A stretch of 64,000 nucleotides of DNA from an uncultured bacterium (GTDB lineage: Bacteria; Zhuqueibacterota; QNDG01; DTFT01), in assembly GCA_963736115.1 (NCBI GenBank), contig CAVTNR010000019.1:14914-78913 (forward strand). Direction: 5' to 3'. Positions within the stretch are counted from its first letter, which is position 1; the number at the start of each line of letters is the position of its first letter. The translations under genes and the position numbers were made by a program. Under the pieces are notes generated by a model that was given only the letters and a program-made list of their open reading frames with translations, made no database searches and was not told where the DNA came from. Positions 1 to 9,072 of this stretch are shown here, piece after piece.

Positions 1-6
1 CATCCG

Positions 7-528
7 ATGCGTTCAATTGAAGACTGGAAGTCACGCATGACACAGGAAGAAAAATTCCGCAATGACCTGGCGGCGCGTTTCCCCGAACTGGCGGACAAAA
101 TCATCCTCCAGAGGGTCCGCCGCATCTGGGTCGACGTGCCGGCCGGCCGGTTCCGCGAGGTCTTTGACTTCTGCACGGAATCGCTCGGCGTCACCATTCT
201 GCTCATTCTGACCGGCCTGGACGAGGTTGAATCGGGTACGTTCGGCGTCCTCTACCACATGGCCCGTCCCGACGGCGTGGTGATCAACCTCCGCATCCAC
301 CTGCCGAAGGACAAGCCGGTCATGCGGAGCGTCACGGACCGGTTCCCGTCCGCCGAGGCGTACGAGCGCGAACTGGTCGATCTGCTCGGCATCGTCGTGA
401 CCGGACTGCCGGAAGGCTCCCGCTACCCGCTTCCGGACAGCTGGCCGGAAGGGCAGTACCCGCTCCGCAAGGACTGGAAGCCCGCGGACGCCGCGCCGGC
501 TCCGGAGGAAGGAAAGAGCCATGCCTGA
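7..528 (+). CDS. NuoC/EchD-type (30-kDa family) subunit of a membrane-bound group-4 [NiFe]-hydrogenase
   Basis: 173-aa ORF from ATG 7. Family-like core (GVLYHMARPDGVVINLRIHLPKDKP ... SAEAYERELVDLLGI). Its stop overlaps the start of the large-subunit gene (ATG 521). Gene order is C-like / large / H-like / ferredoxin / protease. Confidence 0.7.
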   Translation: MRSIEDWKSRMTQEEKFRNDLAARFPELADKIILQRVRRIWVDVPAGRFREVFDFCTESLGVTILLILTGLDEVESGTFGVLYHMARPDGVVINLRIHLPKDKPVMRSVTDRFPSAEAYERELVDLLGIVVTGLPEGSRYPLPDSWPEGQYPLRKDWKPADAAPAPEEGKSHA

Positions 529-1761
529 TTTCGGAAGCGTGCAGATCCCGGTCGGGCCCCAGCATCCGGCCCTGAAGGAGCCCGAAAGCTTTCTCATCAC
601 CCTGCGCGGCGAGAAGATCACGGCCGCGAGCGTGCGCATGGGATACAACCACCGCGGCGTCGAAAAGGGCGCGGAAGACCGCACTTACATCCAGGACATC
701 TACCTTGTCGAGCGCATCTGCGGCATCTGCTCGCATTCGCACGCCACCGCCTTCGTCCAGGCCGTGGAGGAAATCGCCGGGCTCCAGGTGCCCCGCCGCG
801 CCCAGTACATCCGCATGCTGGTCGGCGAACTGGAGCGCATGCACAGCCACCTGCTCTGGCTCGGCGTGGCCGGGCACGAGATCGGTTTCGACACCCTGCT
901 CATGTACTCCTGGCGCGACCGCGAGGTGGTCATGGACCTGCTGGCCGCGATCAGCGGCAACCGGGTCAATTACGGCATGAACACCATCGGCGGCGTGCGG
1001 CGCGACGTGGACGCGGCACTGGCCGGAACGATCCTCAAGGGAGTGGACCGGCTGGAGGAACAGACGAAGTACTACATCCAGGTCTGCTCCGAGGAGACCA
1101 CGCTGATCAAGCGTCTCTCCGGGGTCGGCGTGGCTGACGTACGAGGACGCGCTCCGGCTCCTGGTGGTCGGCCCGACCGGCCGCGCGTCGGGCGTGGCCC
1201 GCGACATCCGGAAGGACGACCCGTACGCTCGCGTACGACGAGCTGGATTTCAAGGTCGTGACCAGCGACCACTGCGACGTCTACGGCCGGACCCTGGTGC
1301 GCGTCGGCGAGCTGATGGAAAGCTACTCGCTGATCCGGCAGATCCTGAAGAAACTGCCTGACGGCCCGATCACGGTCAAGGCGCCGCGCAAGATCCCGGC
1401 CGGCGAGGCCCTCAGCCGGTACGAGGCGCCCCGCGGCGAGGACGTGCATTACGTGAAGGCGAACGGCACAGAGAAACCCGAACGCGTGAAGGTGCGCGCC
1501 CCCACGCTGGCCAACCTCCAGGCCGTTTCGCACATGCTCGAGGACAACAACCTGGCCGACATGCCCATCGTCATCGCGGCCATCGACCCCTGCTTCTCCT
1601 GCACCGACCGGGCCGTGGAACTCAAACGGGCGGATTCGGGCCTGCGGGACCGCATGGACTGGGGCCGCCTCCGGAAGCACGGCATCGATTTCTACCGGAG
1701 CCGGGGCGTTGATTTCACGGAACTGAACCGGTCACTCACCCGGAGGATGAAGAATTCCTAA
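521..1761 (+). pseudogene. [NiFe]-hydrogenase large subunit (EchE/HycE/NuoD-like), interrupted by two +1 frameshifts
   Basis: Three reading-frame pieces: 521 to about 1132; about 1134-1232 (visible in ORF 1164..1361 as VGPTGRASGVARDIRKDDPYA); and 1234-1761. N-terminal Ni-ligand motif RICGICSHSH and C-terminal DPCFSCTDR are both present. The continuous reading ...RLSGVGV/LTYEDALRLLVVGPTGRASGVARDIRKDDPYAR/YDELDFKVVTSDHCDVYGRT... requires deleting one G near 1133 and one G near 1233. A roughly 49-aa tail after DPCFSCTDR fits a protease-processed precursor. Confidence 0.85.
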
Positions 1762-2703
1762 ATGGGCACCGCACTGATTCAGATACTCGTATTCCCGGGT
1801 CTGCTGTTCCTGGCGGTCGCGGGCCTGGCCGGAGAGTTTATCGACCGGAGGCTGTACGCCCGGTTCCAGAACCGGATGGGACCGCCGTGGTTCCAGCCCC
1901 TGGCCGATTTCATCAAGCTCCTGTCCAAGGAGGAGCTCGTACCGGACGGCGTGGACCGCGGCCTATTCCGGCTCATGCCGGTGTTCGCGCTGACCGCCGT
2001 GGTGACCGCTTTCTTCTATATTCCGCTCTGGAAACCGGCCGCGCTGGCCTCGTTCAGCGGGGACGCGATCGTCGTGCTGTACCTGCTGACCATTCCGACG
2101 TTCACCTATTTTCTCGGCGGGTACACGTCGAACTCCGTGTACGCCCTGCTCGGGTCGGCCCGCACGCTGACCCAGCTCTACGCGTATGAGGTTCCGCTTT
2201 TCCTGGCCGTGCTCGGACCCTGCCTGCTCGCGGGCACGTGGTCTCTGTCGGAGTTGACGGTTTTCTTCCAGGCGCGTCCCTGGGCCCTGGCCGCGAACGC
2301 CGCCGGATTCGGCATTGCCCTGATCGCCCTGCTCGGCAAGCTGGAAAAGGTTCCTTTCGACATCCCGGAGGCCGAGACGGAAATCGTCGGCGGCGCTTTC
2401 ACCGAGTACAGCGGCCGCTTTCTCGCGTGGTTCCGGCTCTCCTTCGACATTGAGATGATCACGGGCGCGTCCCTCCTGGCCGCGGTGTTCATGCCCTTCG
2501 GCCTGGGGTTCGGGTTCGCGGCCGGATTCGGGCTGTACCTCGTTAAAATTCTGTTCCTCATCGCGCTGATCGCCCTGATCCGCTCGCTCGTGGCGAGATT
2601 GCGCATCGACCAGATGATCGGCTTCTGCTGGAAGGTGCTCGCGCCGATCGCCTTCCTGCAGGTGATCGTGAACCTGGTGCTGAAAGGGATTTTCTTTTCA
2701 TGA
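1762..2703 (+). CDS. NuoH/EchB/HycD-like polytopic membrane subunit of the hydrogenase
   Basis: 313-aa hydrophobic ORF. N-terminus ...GEFIDRRLYARFQNRMGPPWFQPLADFIKLLSKEE is the NuoH/HycD family signature region. Start abuts the large-subunit stop. Confidence 0.85.
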   Translation: MGTALIQILVFPGLLFLAVAGLAGEFIDRRLYARFQNRMGPPWFQPLADFIKLLSKEELVPDGVDRGLFRLMPVFALTAVVTAFFYIPLWKPAALASFSGDAIVVLYLLTIPTFTYFLGGYTSNSVYALLGSARTLTQLYAYEVPLFLAVLGPCLLAGTWSLSELTVFFQARPWALAANAAGFGIALIALLGKLEKVPFDIPEAETEIVGGAFTEYSGRFLAWFRLSFDIEMITGASLLAAVFMPFGLGFGFAAGFGLYLVKILFLIALIALIRSLVARLRIDQMIGFCWKVLAPIAFLQVIVNLVLKGIFFS

Positions 2704-3140
2704 TCAGACCCGGTGCCATGTTCAGTACGCTGATCGCCTCCGTTTTCCGGAAGCCGGCCACCCATCGGTACCCGGCCGCCCCGTTCGAGATGCCGGCGCA
2801 TTTCCGCGGCCAGATCCGTTTCATCGCCAAAAACTGCATCGGGTGCCGCATGTGCATGCGCGACTGCCCCGCGGACGCGGTTGAAATCCGCAAGGTGGGG
2901 GAGAAGCGTTTCGAGGCGCGTTTCGACCTCGGCCGCTGCATTTACTGCGCCCAGTGCGTCGACTCCTGCCCCAAGAGCGCTCTTGAAGCGACTGACCGCT
3001 ACGAGCTCGCGGGATACAAACAGGACCAGCTCAAGGCGTTTTTCGAGGCCGCGCCCGCGCCGCCGGCGGCCCCGGCCACTCCTCAGGCGGAAGAGACGCC
3101 TTCCACGGAACCCGCCCCTGCCCCAGACGCTGGAAAATAA
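2700..3140 (+). CDS. 2x[4Fe-4S] ferredoxin-type subunit (NuoI/EchF/HycF-like) with Pro/Ala-rich tail
   Basis: Two CxxCxxCxxxCP motifs (CIGCRMCMRDCP, CIYCAQCVDSCP). ATGA overlap with the upstream gene. Low-complexity C-terminus AAPAPPAAPATPQAEETPSTEPAPAPD. Confidence 0.8.
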   Translation: MIRPGAMFSTLIASVFRKPATHRYPAAPFEMPAHFRGQIRFIAKNCIGCRMCMRDCPADAVEIRKVGEKRFEARFDLGRCIYCAQCVDSCPKSALEATDRYELAGYKQDQLKAFFEAAPAPPAAPATPQAEETPSTEPAPAPDAGK

Positions 3141-3186
3141 GCTTCCCCCTTTTTTAAAGGACGTCCGGTCGCTTGCCATTCTGGGC

Positions 3187-3651
3187 GTGGGATCGGACCT
3201 GCGGGGCGACGATGCCGCGGGCCTGATTCTGTGCCGCAGGCTGGAGGCGCGTTTTGCGTCCCTTCCGGATCCGTCCCGGTTCCGCGCCTTCATGGGCGAA
3301 ACCGCGCCTGAAAACCTCACCGGAGAAATCCGGCGGTTTGCGCCCTCCCACCTCATCATTGTCGATAGCGCTGATTTCGGACGCGAGCCCGGAACCATCG
3401 TTGCCGCGGATCCCGTCGAGATTACCGGCATTTCTTTCTCAACGCATCGCCTGCCTCTTTTCGTGCTCACGGATTACATCGAGCGGGAAATGCCGTGCCG
3501 GATTCTCATTATCGGCATGCAGCCGCTGACGCTCGGGCTGTTCCGCGAGGTTTCCGAATCCGTTGCATCCGCGCTTGACGCACTCTCCGAAACGCTGATC
3601 AAGGCCATCGAAATCCTGCCGGGGTTTTCGTCCGCGTCTTCCAATCCCTGA
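3187..3651 (+). CDS. Hydrogenase maturation endopeptidase (HycI/HyaD family); start codon unresolved
   Basis: LAILGVGSDLRGDDAAGLIL ... HLIIVDSADFG ... THRLPLFVLTDY ... ILIIGMQP matches the maturation protease family. Similarity extends upstream to about 3157 (KDVRSLAILGVG), where no ATG/GTG/TTG is in frame. GTG 3187 is the first canonical start. Confidence 0.7.
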   Translation: MGSDLRGDDAAGLILCRRLEARFASLPDPSRFRAFMGETAPENLTGEIRRFAPSHLIIVDSADFGREPGTIVAADPVEITGISFSTHRLPLFVLTDYIEREMPCRILIIGMQPLTLGLFREVSESVASALDALSETLIKAIEILPGFSSASSNP

Positions 3652-3670
3652 AATCCGCAGTAATAACTTA

Positions 3671-3776
3671 CGCATAGCGCATAGGGCATAGCGCAGAGCG
3701 CAACAGCGCAAAGTGGTATTTATTCGCTATGCGCTGTGCCCTGTGCATTTTTAGCGCTTTGCGCGATGCACGATGC
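3671..3776. repeat. 7-nt-periodic imperfect inverted repeat (CGCATAG-type heptads)
   Basis: Left arm cgcatag cgcatag ggcatag cgcagag cgcaaca (3671-3712). Right arm cgctatg cgctgtg ccctgtg ca (3725-3747). The reverse complement of the right arm matches GCATAGGGCATAGCGCAGAGCG at 19/22 positions. Confidence 0.5.
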
Positions 3777-3956
3777 CATGTTTTGGCCCCCGGTTTGCCT
3801 GTATTCAGGATGGGAGTATTGGATCCGGACTGTATCATTTGATATAACAGATTGAAAATACTTGGATAAGGATTAGTGATAATTTCGCGGAATCCGGCTT
3901 GATTCTCCGGCTAAAGGGGAAATAGTTACCCTTTTCCCGGCCGAAGGAGGAAAACC

Positions 3957-4478
3957 TTGCGTCACGTGATACTGCTTTGCCTGGCTCTGACCCTTGTCGC
4001 ATGCGAGCATTTTCCGAGCAATCCCGAGCTCAAGCCGGATCTGCGTTTTGTCCGGATCGACCACCTGAGCACCCGGTATGTTCCAATCGATCCCCCGGCC
4101 GAGAGTCTGGTGGCGCGCAGGGTCAACATTCTTGAATTCCGGGTTCGCGCCGAGAACCTGGTCACCGCGGCACTGGAGTTCCGCGGAAAAGCGGCGCTTT
4201 CCGGTCCTCCGGAAACCAAGACGCATGCCTTCCGCTTCCGCACGGACCGACTGGATCCCGTGGTCCCGCAGGCGGGCTTTCCTTTCGATGTCTTCGCCTC
4301 CATCGACACCGGAAAAGCCTATGTTTTTTACCGCTTCCACATCCCCATGAACGAGTACTCCCCGTTCGCGGACGGCCAGGGCATGGTCACGGCCCTGACC
4401 ATAGACGAGGTTCTCGCGATCGACGAACAGGGCGAGTCCTGCCGTGTCGCCTTTTCCAGCGGGGAAACCCAGCCTTAA
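3957..4478 (+). CDS. Hypothetical lipoprotein
   Basis: TTG start 7 nt after GGAGG. Lipobox-type signal MRHVILLCLALTLVAC. No recognisable family. Confidence 0.55.
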   Translation: MRHVILLCLALTLVACEHFPSNPELKPDLRFVRIDHLSTRYVPIDPPAESLVARRVNILEFRVRAENLVTAALEFRGKAALSGPPETKTHAFRFRTDRLDPVVPQAGFPFDVFASIDTGKAYVFYRFHIPMNEYSPFADGQGMVTALTIDEVLAIDEQGESCRVAFSSGETQP

Positions 4479-4548
4479 ATTCGCTTTGCATTCTGAAAAA
4501 GGTTGCCTAAATTATCCCCGTCCAATGGTTCACGAATCGGGGGTGATC

Positions 4549-5298
4549 ATGAACGCAACCGGCCAAACCGGAGTTCTGGAGCGATGCATCCGCCTGGAAC
4601 ATACGGCTGTGGCATTCTATGTCCGGCTCGCCGAGCATTTTCCGGCTGATGGGCTGAAGCCGTTCTGGTTGGACATGGCGGAACAGGAACGAACCCATGT
4701 CCGGATGTGGGAGAAGCTCCTCGAATCGCAGAAGGAGGGCGGCCTCCCGGGTCTTTTCGACAAGCCGGAATCCGTCATCCGCGAGTTGGAGAACCTGAAC
4801 CAGAAGCTGGAATCCAGGCTGAAACAGGGCCTGCCTTCCGATCCCCTGGACGCATTTCTGCTCGCCTACCAGGTCGAATGGCTGATGCTGCATCCGGCTT
4901 TTCCCGCCTTTTTTCTCGTGTACGCCCGCAAGACGAAGGACGCCTCGCAGGAGGAAGCCTACCGCCGCCATCTGGACGGCCTTATCCGGGAAGCGAGAAA
5001 GCTCGGCGTGGAGGATCCTTCCCTCGACCTCATCGCGGATATCATTGAGCGGCACTGGAACGTCCATCGGGACCTGGCAGCCGCCCTATCCGATGTCCGG
5101 GAGCTCCGGGACCTCATTCCCATGTGTTCGTACTGCAAGAATGTCCGGAACGACAGGGGATACTGGGAGAAGGTGGAGGCGTACGTGGAGACGCGGATTC
5201 CCGCGACCTTCTCTCACGGCATATGCCCGGACTGCATCCGGAAGCATTTTCCGGATTTCGCGGAAGACATCATCAATGATATGAACAAAAAACGGTGA
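4549..5298 (+). CDS. Ferritin/rubrerythrin-like four-helix domain protein with C-terminal CxxC...HGICPxC module
   Basis: N-terminal region has E...ExxH-type helices ([31 protein letters not shown]). C-terminus is [43 protein letters not shown]. The start may be ATG 4525 or 4549. Confidence 0.6.
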   Translation: MNATGQTGVLERCIRLEHTAVAFYVRLAEHFPADGLKPFWLDMAEQERTHVRMWEKLLESQKEGGLPGLFDKPESVIRELENLNQKLESRLKQGLPSDPLDAFLLAYQVEWLMLHPAFPAFFLVYARKTKDASQEEAYRRHLDGLIREARKLGVEDPSLDLIADIIERHWNVHRDLAAALSDVRELRDLIPMCSYCKNVRNDRGYWEKVEAYVETRIPATFSHGICPDCIRKHFPDFAEDIINDMNKKR

Positions 5299-5344
5299 CG
5301 CGGCCCGTTCCGGAACGCTGCGTCCCGCGGACGGAGACGCTGAC

Positions 5345-5659
5345 ATGGTGATCACTTTCGTGCACGCGGCCGTGAAACCGGACCGCGTCGAAGATTTCAG
5401 GCGCGCGACTCTGGAGAACGCGTCGAACAGCGCCCGGGAGCCGGGCGTGATCCGGTTCGACGTGTTCCAGGACAAGGCGGATCCGTCGCGTTTCGTCCTG
5501 GTGGAAATATACCGGACCGTTGAGGATCCGGCCCGGCACAAGGAAACCGCGCACTACAAGTCCTGGCGCGACGCGGTGGCGGACTGGATGGCCGAACCAC
5601 GGAAGGCCGTGCACTACGATCCCGTGTTCCCGGATGAAGTCGGGTGGGTCCGGGCGTGA
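5345..5659 (+). CDS. Antibiotic-biosynthesis-monooxygenase (ABM) family protein (YgiN-like)
   Basis: 104 aa, a typical ABM length. Pattern: [20 protein letters not shown] ... [10 protein letters not shown] ... [27 protein letters not shown]. Confidence 0.7.
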   Translation: MVITFVHAAVKPDRVEDFRRATLENASNSAREPGVIRFDVFQDKADPSRFVLVEIYRTVEDPARHKETAHYKSWRDAVADWMAEPRKAVHYDPVFPDEVGWVRA

Positions 5660-5849
5660 GTTTTTTTGAAAGAAAACCGCGAAAACGCACGGAAGTGCAA
5701 GGAAAAATAAAGGTTTGAATAGTTATTCAAAATAATCCCTCTACAATCAAATCCGTGTTTCTCCGTGATCTTCCGTGGCGATTCTTTTACCACGGAGACA
5801 CACGGAAGAGCGGGGAAAAAAGAGAGTATATTATTTTCAAGAAGTTTAC

Positions 5850-7058
5850 ATGAAAGGAGACTCCCCGCGGACCGGTCCGATCGGCGTGTCCGGATCTCAT
5901 TTCGAATCTTTTGATTTCATCGCGCCCGGAACCGTACGCTTCGGAATCGGGCGGTTCGTTGAACTGGGACCGGAGGCGTCCAGGCTCGGCAGGTCCGTCC
6001 TGCTTGTATCCGGAGCGCCCGAGTCCGTTGAATCCGCGGCGGTTTCCGGCCTGACCGGATCCGGACTGCGGGTCTCCGTTTTCCGGATTTCCGATGAGCC
6101 GTCCGTCTCCGCAGTGATGGAAGCGGTGCGGTTGGCGAAAGCGTCGGAGTGCGATGCGGCGGTCGGCATCGGCGGCGGCAGCGCGATGGACTGCGCCAAG
6201 GCCGCGGCCGTGCTGGCCGCGCATCCGGCCGACCCGGTCGATTACCTTGAAGTTGTGGGCCGCGGCAGACCTCTGGAGATGCCCGGCCTGCCGGTCATTG
6301 CCGTGCCGACCACGGCCGGAACCGGCGCGGAAGCAACATACAACGCGGTTCTGTCGTCTCCGGAGCACCGGGTGAAAGTCAGCCTCCGAAGCCCGATGAT
6401 GATGCCGCGTCTCGCGATTGTGGATCCGGCTTTGACCCTGACCTGTTCTCCGGCCGTGACCGCCGCGTCCGGGCTGGACGCGCTCACCCAGCTCATCGAA
6501 CCATTCACCTGTATCAGACCGCATGCGCTGGTCGACGGCCTTTGCCGCGAGGGCATGCGCCGCGCCGCGGCCTCGCTCGGCCGGGCGGTCGAAGACGGGA
6601 AGGACATCACGGCCCGGCAGGACATGTCCATTGCCGCCCTGTTTTCCGGCATGGCCCTGGCCAACGCGAAACTCGGAGCCGTGCACGGCATTGCCGCCCC
6701 CCTCGGCGGACTCACGTCCGCTCCGCACGGCGCGGCCTGCGCCAGGCTCCTCCCGGAGGTCATGGCCGTGAACATCCGTCTGCTCCGGAAAGGTCCGGAT
6801 CCGGCCGGTTCCCTCAGGCGTTACACGGAGGCTGCGCGCCTTCTGACGGGCGATCCGTCCGCTGAGGCCGAGTCCGGAACCGAATGGGCGCGGAGTCTGG
6901 TGGAATCGTTCCGAATCCCGCGCCTGTCCGCCTGGGGCCTGAAACCCTCCGATTACCCGGGTCTGGCGGAAAAAGCCGGACGCGCGAACAGCATGAAAGG
7001 CAATCCCGTGCCGCTCGCGCCGGATGCAATCACTGAGATACTGACCCGTGCGTTCTGA
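5850..7058 (+). CDS. Iron-containing alcohol dehydrogenase family protein
   Basis: GIGGGSAMDCAKAAAV glycine-rich NAD motif, VPTTAGTGAE, and conserved His region (AVHGIAAPLG ... PHGAACA). I use ATG 5850 rather than the upstream ORF-track start at 5775. Confidence 0.85.
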   Translation: MKGDSPRTGPIGVSGSHFESFDFIAPGTVRFGIGRFVELGPEASRLGRSVLLVSGAPESVESAAVSGLTGSGLRVSVFRISDEPSVSAVMEAVRLAKASECDAAVGIGGGSAMDCAKAAAVLAAHPADPVDYLEVVGRGRPLEMPGLPVIAVPTTAGTGAEATYNAVLSSPEHRVKVSLRSPMMMPRLAIVDPALTLTCSPAVTAASGLDALTQLIEPFTCIRPHALVDGLCREGMRRAAASLGRAVEDGKDITARQDMSIAALFSGMALANAKLGAVHGIAAPLGGLTSAPHGAACARLLPEVMAVNIRLLRKGPDPAGSLRRYTEAARLLTGDPSAEAESGTEWARSLVESFRIPRLSAWGLKPSDYPGLAEKAGRANSMKGNPVPLAPDAITEILTRAF

Positions 7059-7112
7059 TGGCGGCGCTTCCCGTGCCGCATTCGTCCGGCGCGGCAGGGC
7101 ATTCGAGGACGC

Positions 7113-7997
7113 ATGTCTGTCCTGATCGGGCCCGGCACGAAAGTGATGGTCCAGGGTATCACCGGGAAACAGGGTTCTTTCCATAGCCGCAGGATGCGTG
7201 CAACCGGTACGACCGTGGTCGCGGGCACCTGTCCGCGGCATGCCGCGGCCGGTCCGGACGGAATACCGGTATTTACATCGGTGCGGGAAGCGGTGATGGA
7301 AACGGGCGCGGACGTGTCCGTTGTTTTCGTGCCGCCTGCCGCGGCCGGCGCGGCGATCATCGAAGCCGCTGAAGCGGGCATCCGTCTCGTGATCTGCATC
7401 ACCGAGGGTGTTCCCCTGCACGACATGTTGAAAGTCCGGGAAGCCCTTTCCGGTCTGACTATCCGCCTTATCGGACCGAACAGCCCGGGCATTCACGTTC
7501 CATCCGTCTGCACCATGGGCATCATTCCGTCCTGCGTCGGTTCTCCGGGGCCGGTCGGCGTGCTGTCCAGGAGCGGCACTCTGCTCTATGAAGCCGTCGA
7601 CCAGATGACAGCCGCGGGCGCCGGACAGTCCGCCTGCATCGGGCTGGGCGGGGATCCGATGCCGGGAACTCGGCTCGCGGAAGGGCTCACTCTTTTCGCG
7701 GAGGATCCCGACACGGAAGCCGTGCTGATGCTCGGGGAAATCGGCGGGTCCCAGGAGGAAGAGGCGGCGGACCTGATCCGCTCCGGCTTCCCCAAGCCGG
7801 TTCTCGCATTTGTGGCAGGCGTGTCCGCGCCTCCGGGCAGGCGCATGGGCCATGCCGGCGCGTTCATCGACCGGGGCAGGGGAGACGCCCGGTCCAAGAT
7901 GAAAGCTCTGTCTGACGCGGGCGCAACCGTGATCGATTCGCCCGCGGCCATCGGGGAGGCGGTTCGGGCGTGCATCGGGGAAGGGGAGTCCGTATGA
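7113..7997 (+). CDS. sucD: Succinyl-CoA synthetase alpha-subunit-like protein (CoA-binding, phosphohistidine loop)
   Basis: VMVQGITGKQGSFH, LIGPNSPGI, SRSGTLLYEAV, GEIGGSQEE and the catalytic-His loop MGHAGAF. No beta subunit is adjacent. Confidence 0.8.
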   Translation: MSVLIGPGTKVMVQGITGKQGSFHSRRMRATGTTVVAGTCPRHAAAGPDGIPVFTSVREAVMETGADVSVVFVPPAAAGAAIIEAAEAGIRLVICITEGVPLHDMLKVREALSGLTIRLIGPNSPGIHVPSVCTMGIIPSCVGSPGPVGVLSRSGTLLYEAVDQMTAAGAGQSACIGLGGDPMPGTRLAEGLTLFAEDPDTEAVLMLGEIGGSQEEEAADLIRSGFPKPVLAFVAGVSAPPGRRMGHAGAFIDRGRGDARSKMKALSDAGATVIDSPAAIGEAVRACIGEGESV

Positions 7998-9007
7998 GGG
8001 GCTGTTACCGGTCCGTTCTCTTTCTCCTCACGATGATCCTCCTGACCGGGTGCGGACGCGAAGGCGTGAACGGGCCGGAGGAGCCCGCACGGAAGGACGG
8101 CGCCGTCCGACTCAACCCGCCCGTGTCCGGCAGTCTTCAGAATCCGGCCTGGTCGCCGGACGGAAAATCCTTGCTGTTCACGCGTTTCAGAAACGGATAC
8201 AATCGCGGCCCTGCGGACATTCTGATCTACACGCTTCCGGAGAGGGACGTTCAGGGCCGCGATTCGGCAGGCGGCGAGATCCGATTTCTGGTCCGGGACG
8301 GATCGGAGAATGTCAATGCGCCCGGCTCTTGCTGGAGCCCTGCCGGCCGGTTCATTGTTTTTTCATCGTCCCGCGACCCGCGAGACGAGATTTTCCGGAT
8401 CGGCGAAAACGGCGCGCCCGGGGACGAACGGCGGATCACGGACCGGGAGGGGAAGGCGGGTTATGAACCGACGCTGTCCGCCGACGGACTTTGGGCGGTA
8501 TTCGAGTCGCACGTGCAGGACGTCGAAGGGAATGGGGTTCTTGTGAAAATCAGAATGGACGGGACGGAACCGGCCCGCGAACTCACGCCGTCCATGGAGG
8601 ACTGCCGTCAGCCGAACTGGTCTCCGGCAGGCGGCCTGATCGCGTATCAGAAGTTCGAATACGGACAATGGGACATCTGGACCTGCGACGAAGCCGGGGG
8701 CAGTCACAGGCGGCTGACGGCCGGCGCAGGGGACAAGACGGACGCGTCCTTCTCGCCGGACGGCGCTCGGATCATATGCAGTGTCGAGAGTCCGCAGGAG
8801 GCGGGTGCCGCTCTGACCGCATTTCCGGTATCAGGGGGCGCGGCTGCGGCCGTTACATCCCCCGGATGGTCGGACGGAGCGCCGTCCTGGTCTCCGGACG
8901 GCGGGAAAGTGGCGTTCGAATCGAGAGCCGGGGATCCGGACGGATCTCCCGGGACCGCGTTGTATCTGATCGACGTGAGCACTCGTTTTCCGCAACCGGA
9001 ACGGTAG
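7994..9007 (+). CDS. PD40/TolB-like beta-propeller lipoprotein
   Basis: ATGA overlap with sucD. Lipobox LLTGCG. Repeated W/SPDG...F.S motifs (AWSPDGKSLLFT, CWSPAGRFIVFSSSR, NWSPAGGLIAYQ, SFSPDGARIICS, SWSPDGGKVAFES). Confidence 0.7.
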   Translation: MRGCYRSVLFLLTMILLTGCGREGVNGPEEPARKDGAVRLNPPVSGSLQNPAWSPDGKSLLFTRFRNGYNRGPADILIYTLPERDVQGRDSAGGEIRFLVRDGSENVNAPGSCWSPAGRFIVFSSSRDPRDEIFRIGENGAPGDERRITDREGKAGYEPTLSADGLWAVFESHVQDVEGNGVLVKIRMDGTEPARELTPSMEDCRQPNWSPAGGLIAYQKFEYGQWDIWTCDEAGGSHRRLTAGAGDKTDASFSPDGARIICSVESPQEAGAALTAFPVSGGAAAAVTSPGWSDGAPSWSPDGGKVAFESRAGDPDGSPGTALYLIDVSTRFPQPER

Positions 9008-9072
9008 GATCGCCCGGGCCGAAGGTCCGTACCGGGCGGTGGTGAAAACAGGACTGGGCATGAAAGGCCGGC

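Noticed and set aside
1125-1240. Programmed ribosomal frameshifting in the hydrogenase large subunit
   Set aside because: There are two successive +1 shifts with no slippery heptamer or stimulatory structure evident. Both are explained by a single extra G. Indel error or a pseudogene is the simpler explanation.
2881-3186. 5' part of ORF 2881..3651 overlapping the ferredoxin-subunit gene
   Set aside because: This part translates to an Arg/Pro/Ser-rich string out of frame with a well-supported 2x[4Fe-4S] gene. Only the 3' part (from about 3157) resembles a HycI-type protease.
5751-5806. CCGTG-rich hairpins (5751-5806 and 9525-9595) as members of the heptad-array family
   Set aside because: The CCGTG word recurs with roughly 10-nt rather than 7-nt spacing, and the two loci pair only loosely. 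I treat them as ordinary intergenic hairpins.
5787-7853. 688-aa minus-strand ORF (with similar long antisense or out-of-frame ORFs at 332-1207, 2178-3470, 15684-16985, 22615-24069, 33585-35411, 35939-37138, 39621-41357, 44179-45585, 45913-47208, 49115-50443 and 60780-62276)
   Set aside because: Their products are Arg/Gly/Pro/His-rich low-complexity strings with no family motifs. They lie opposite, or out of frame to, genes with clear homology-type motifs. Long spurious ORFs are expected in GC-rich DNA.
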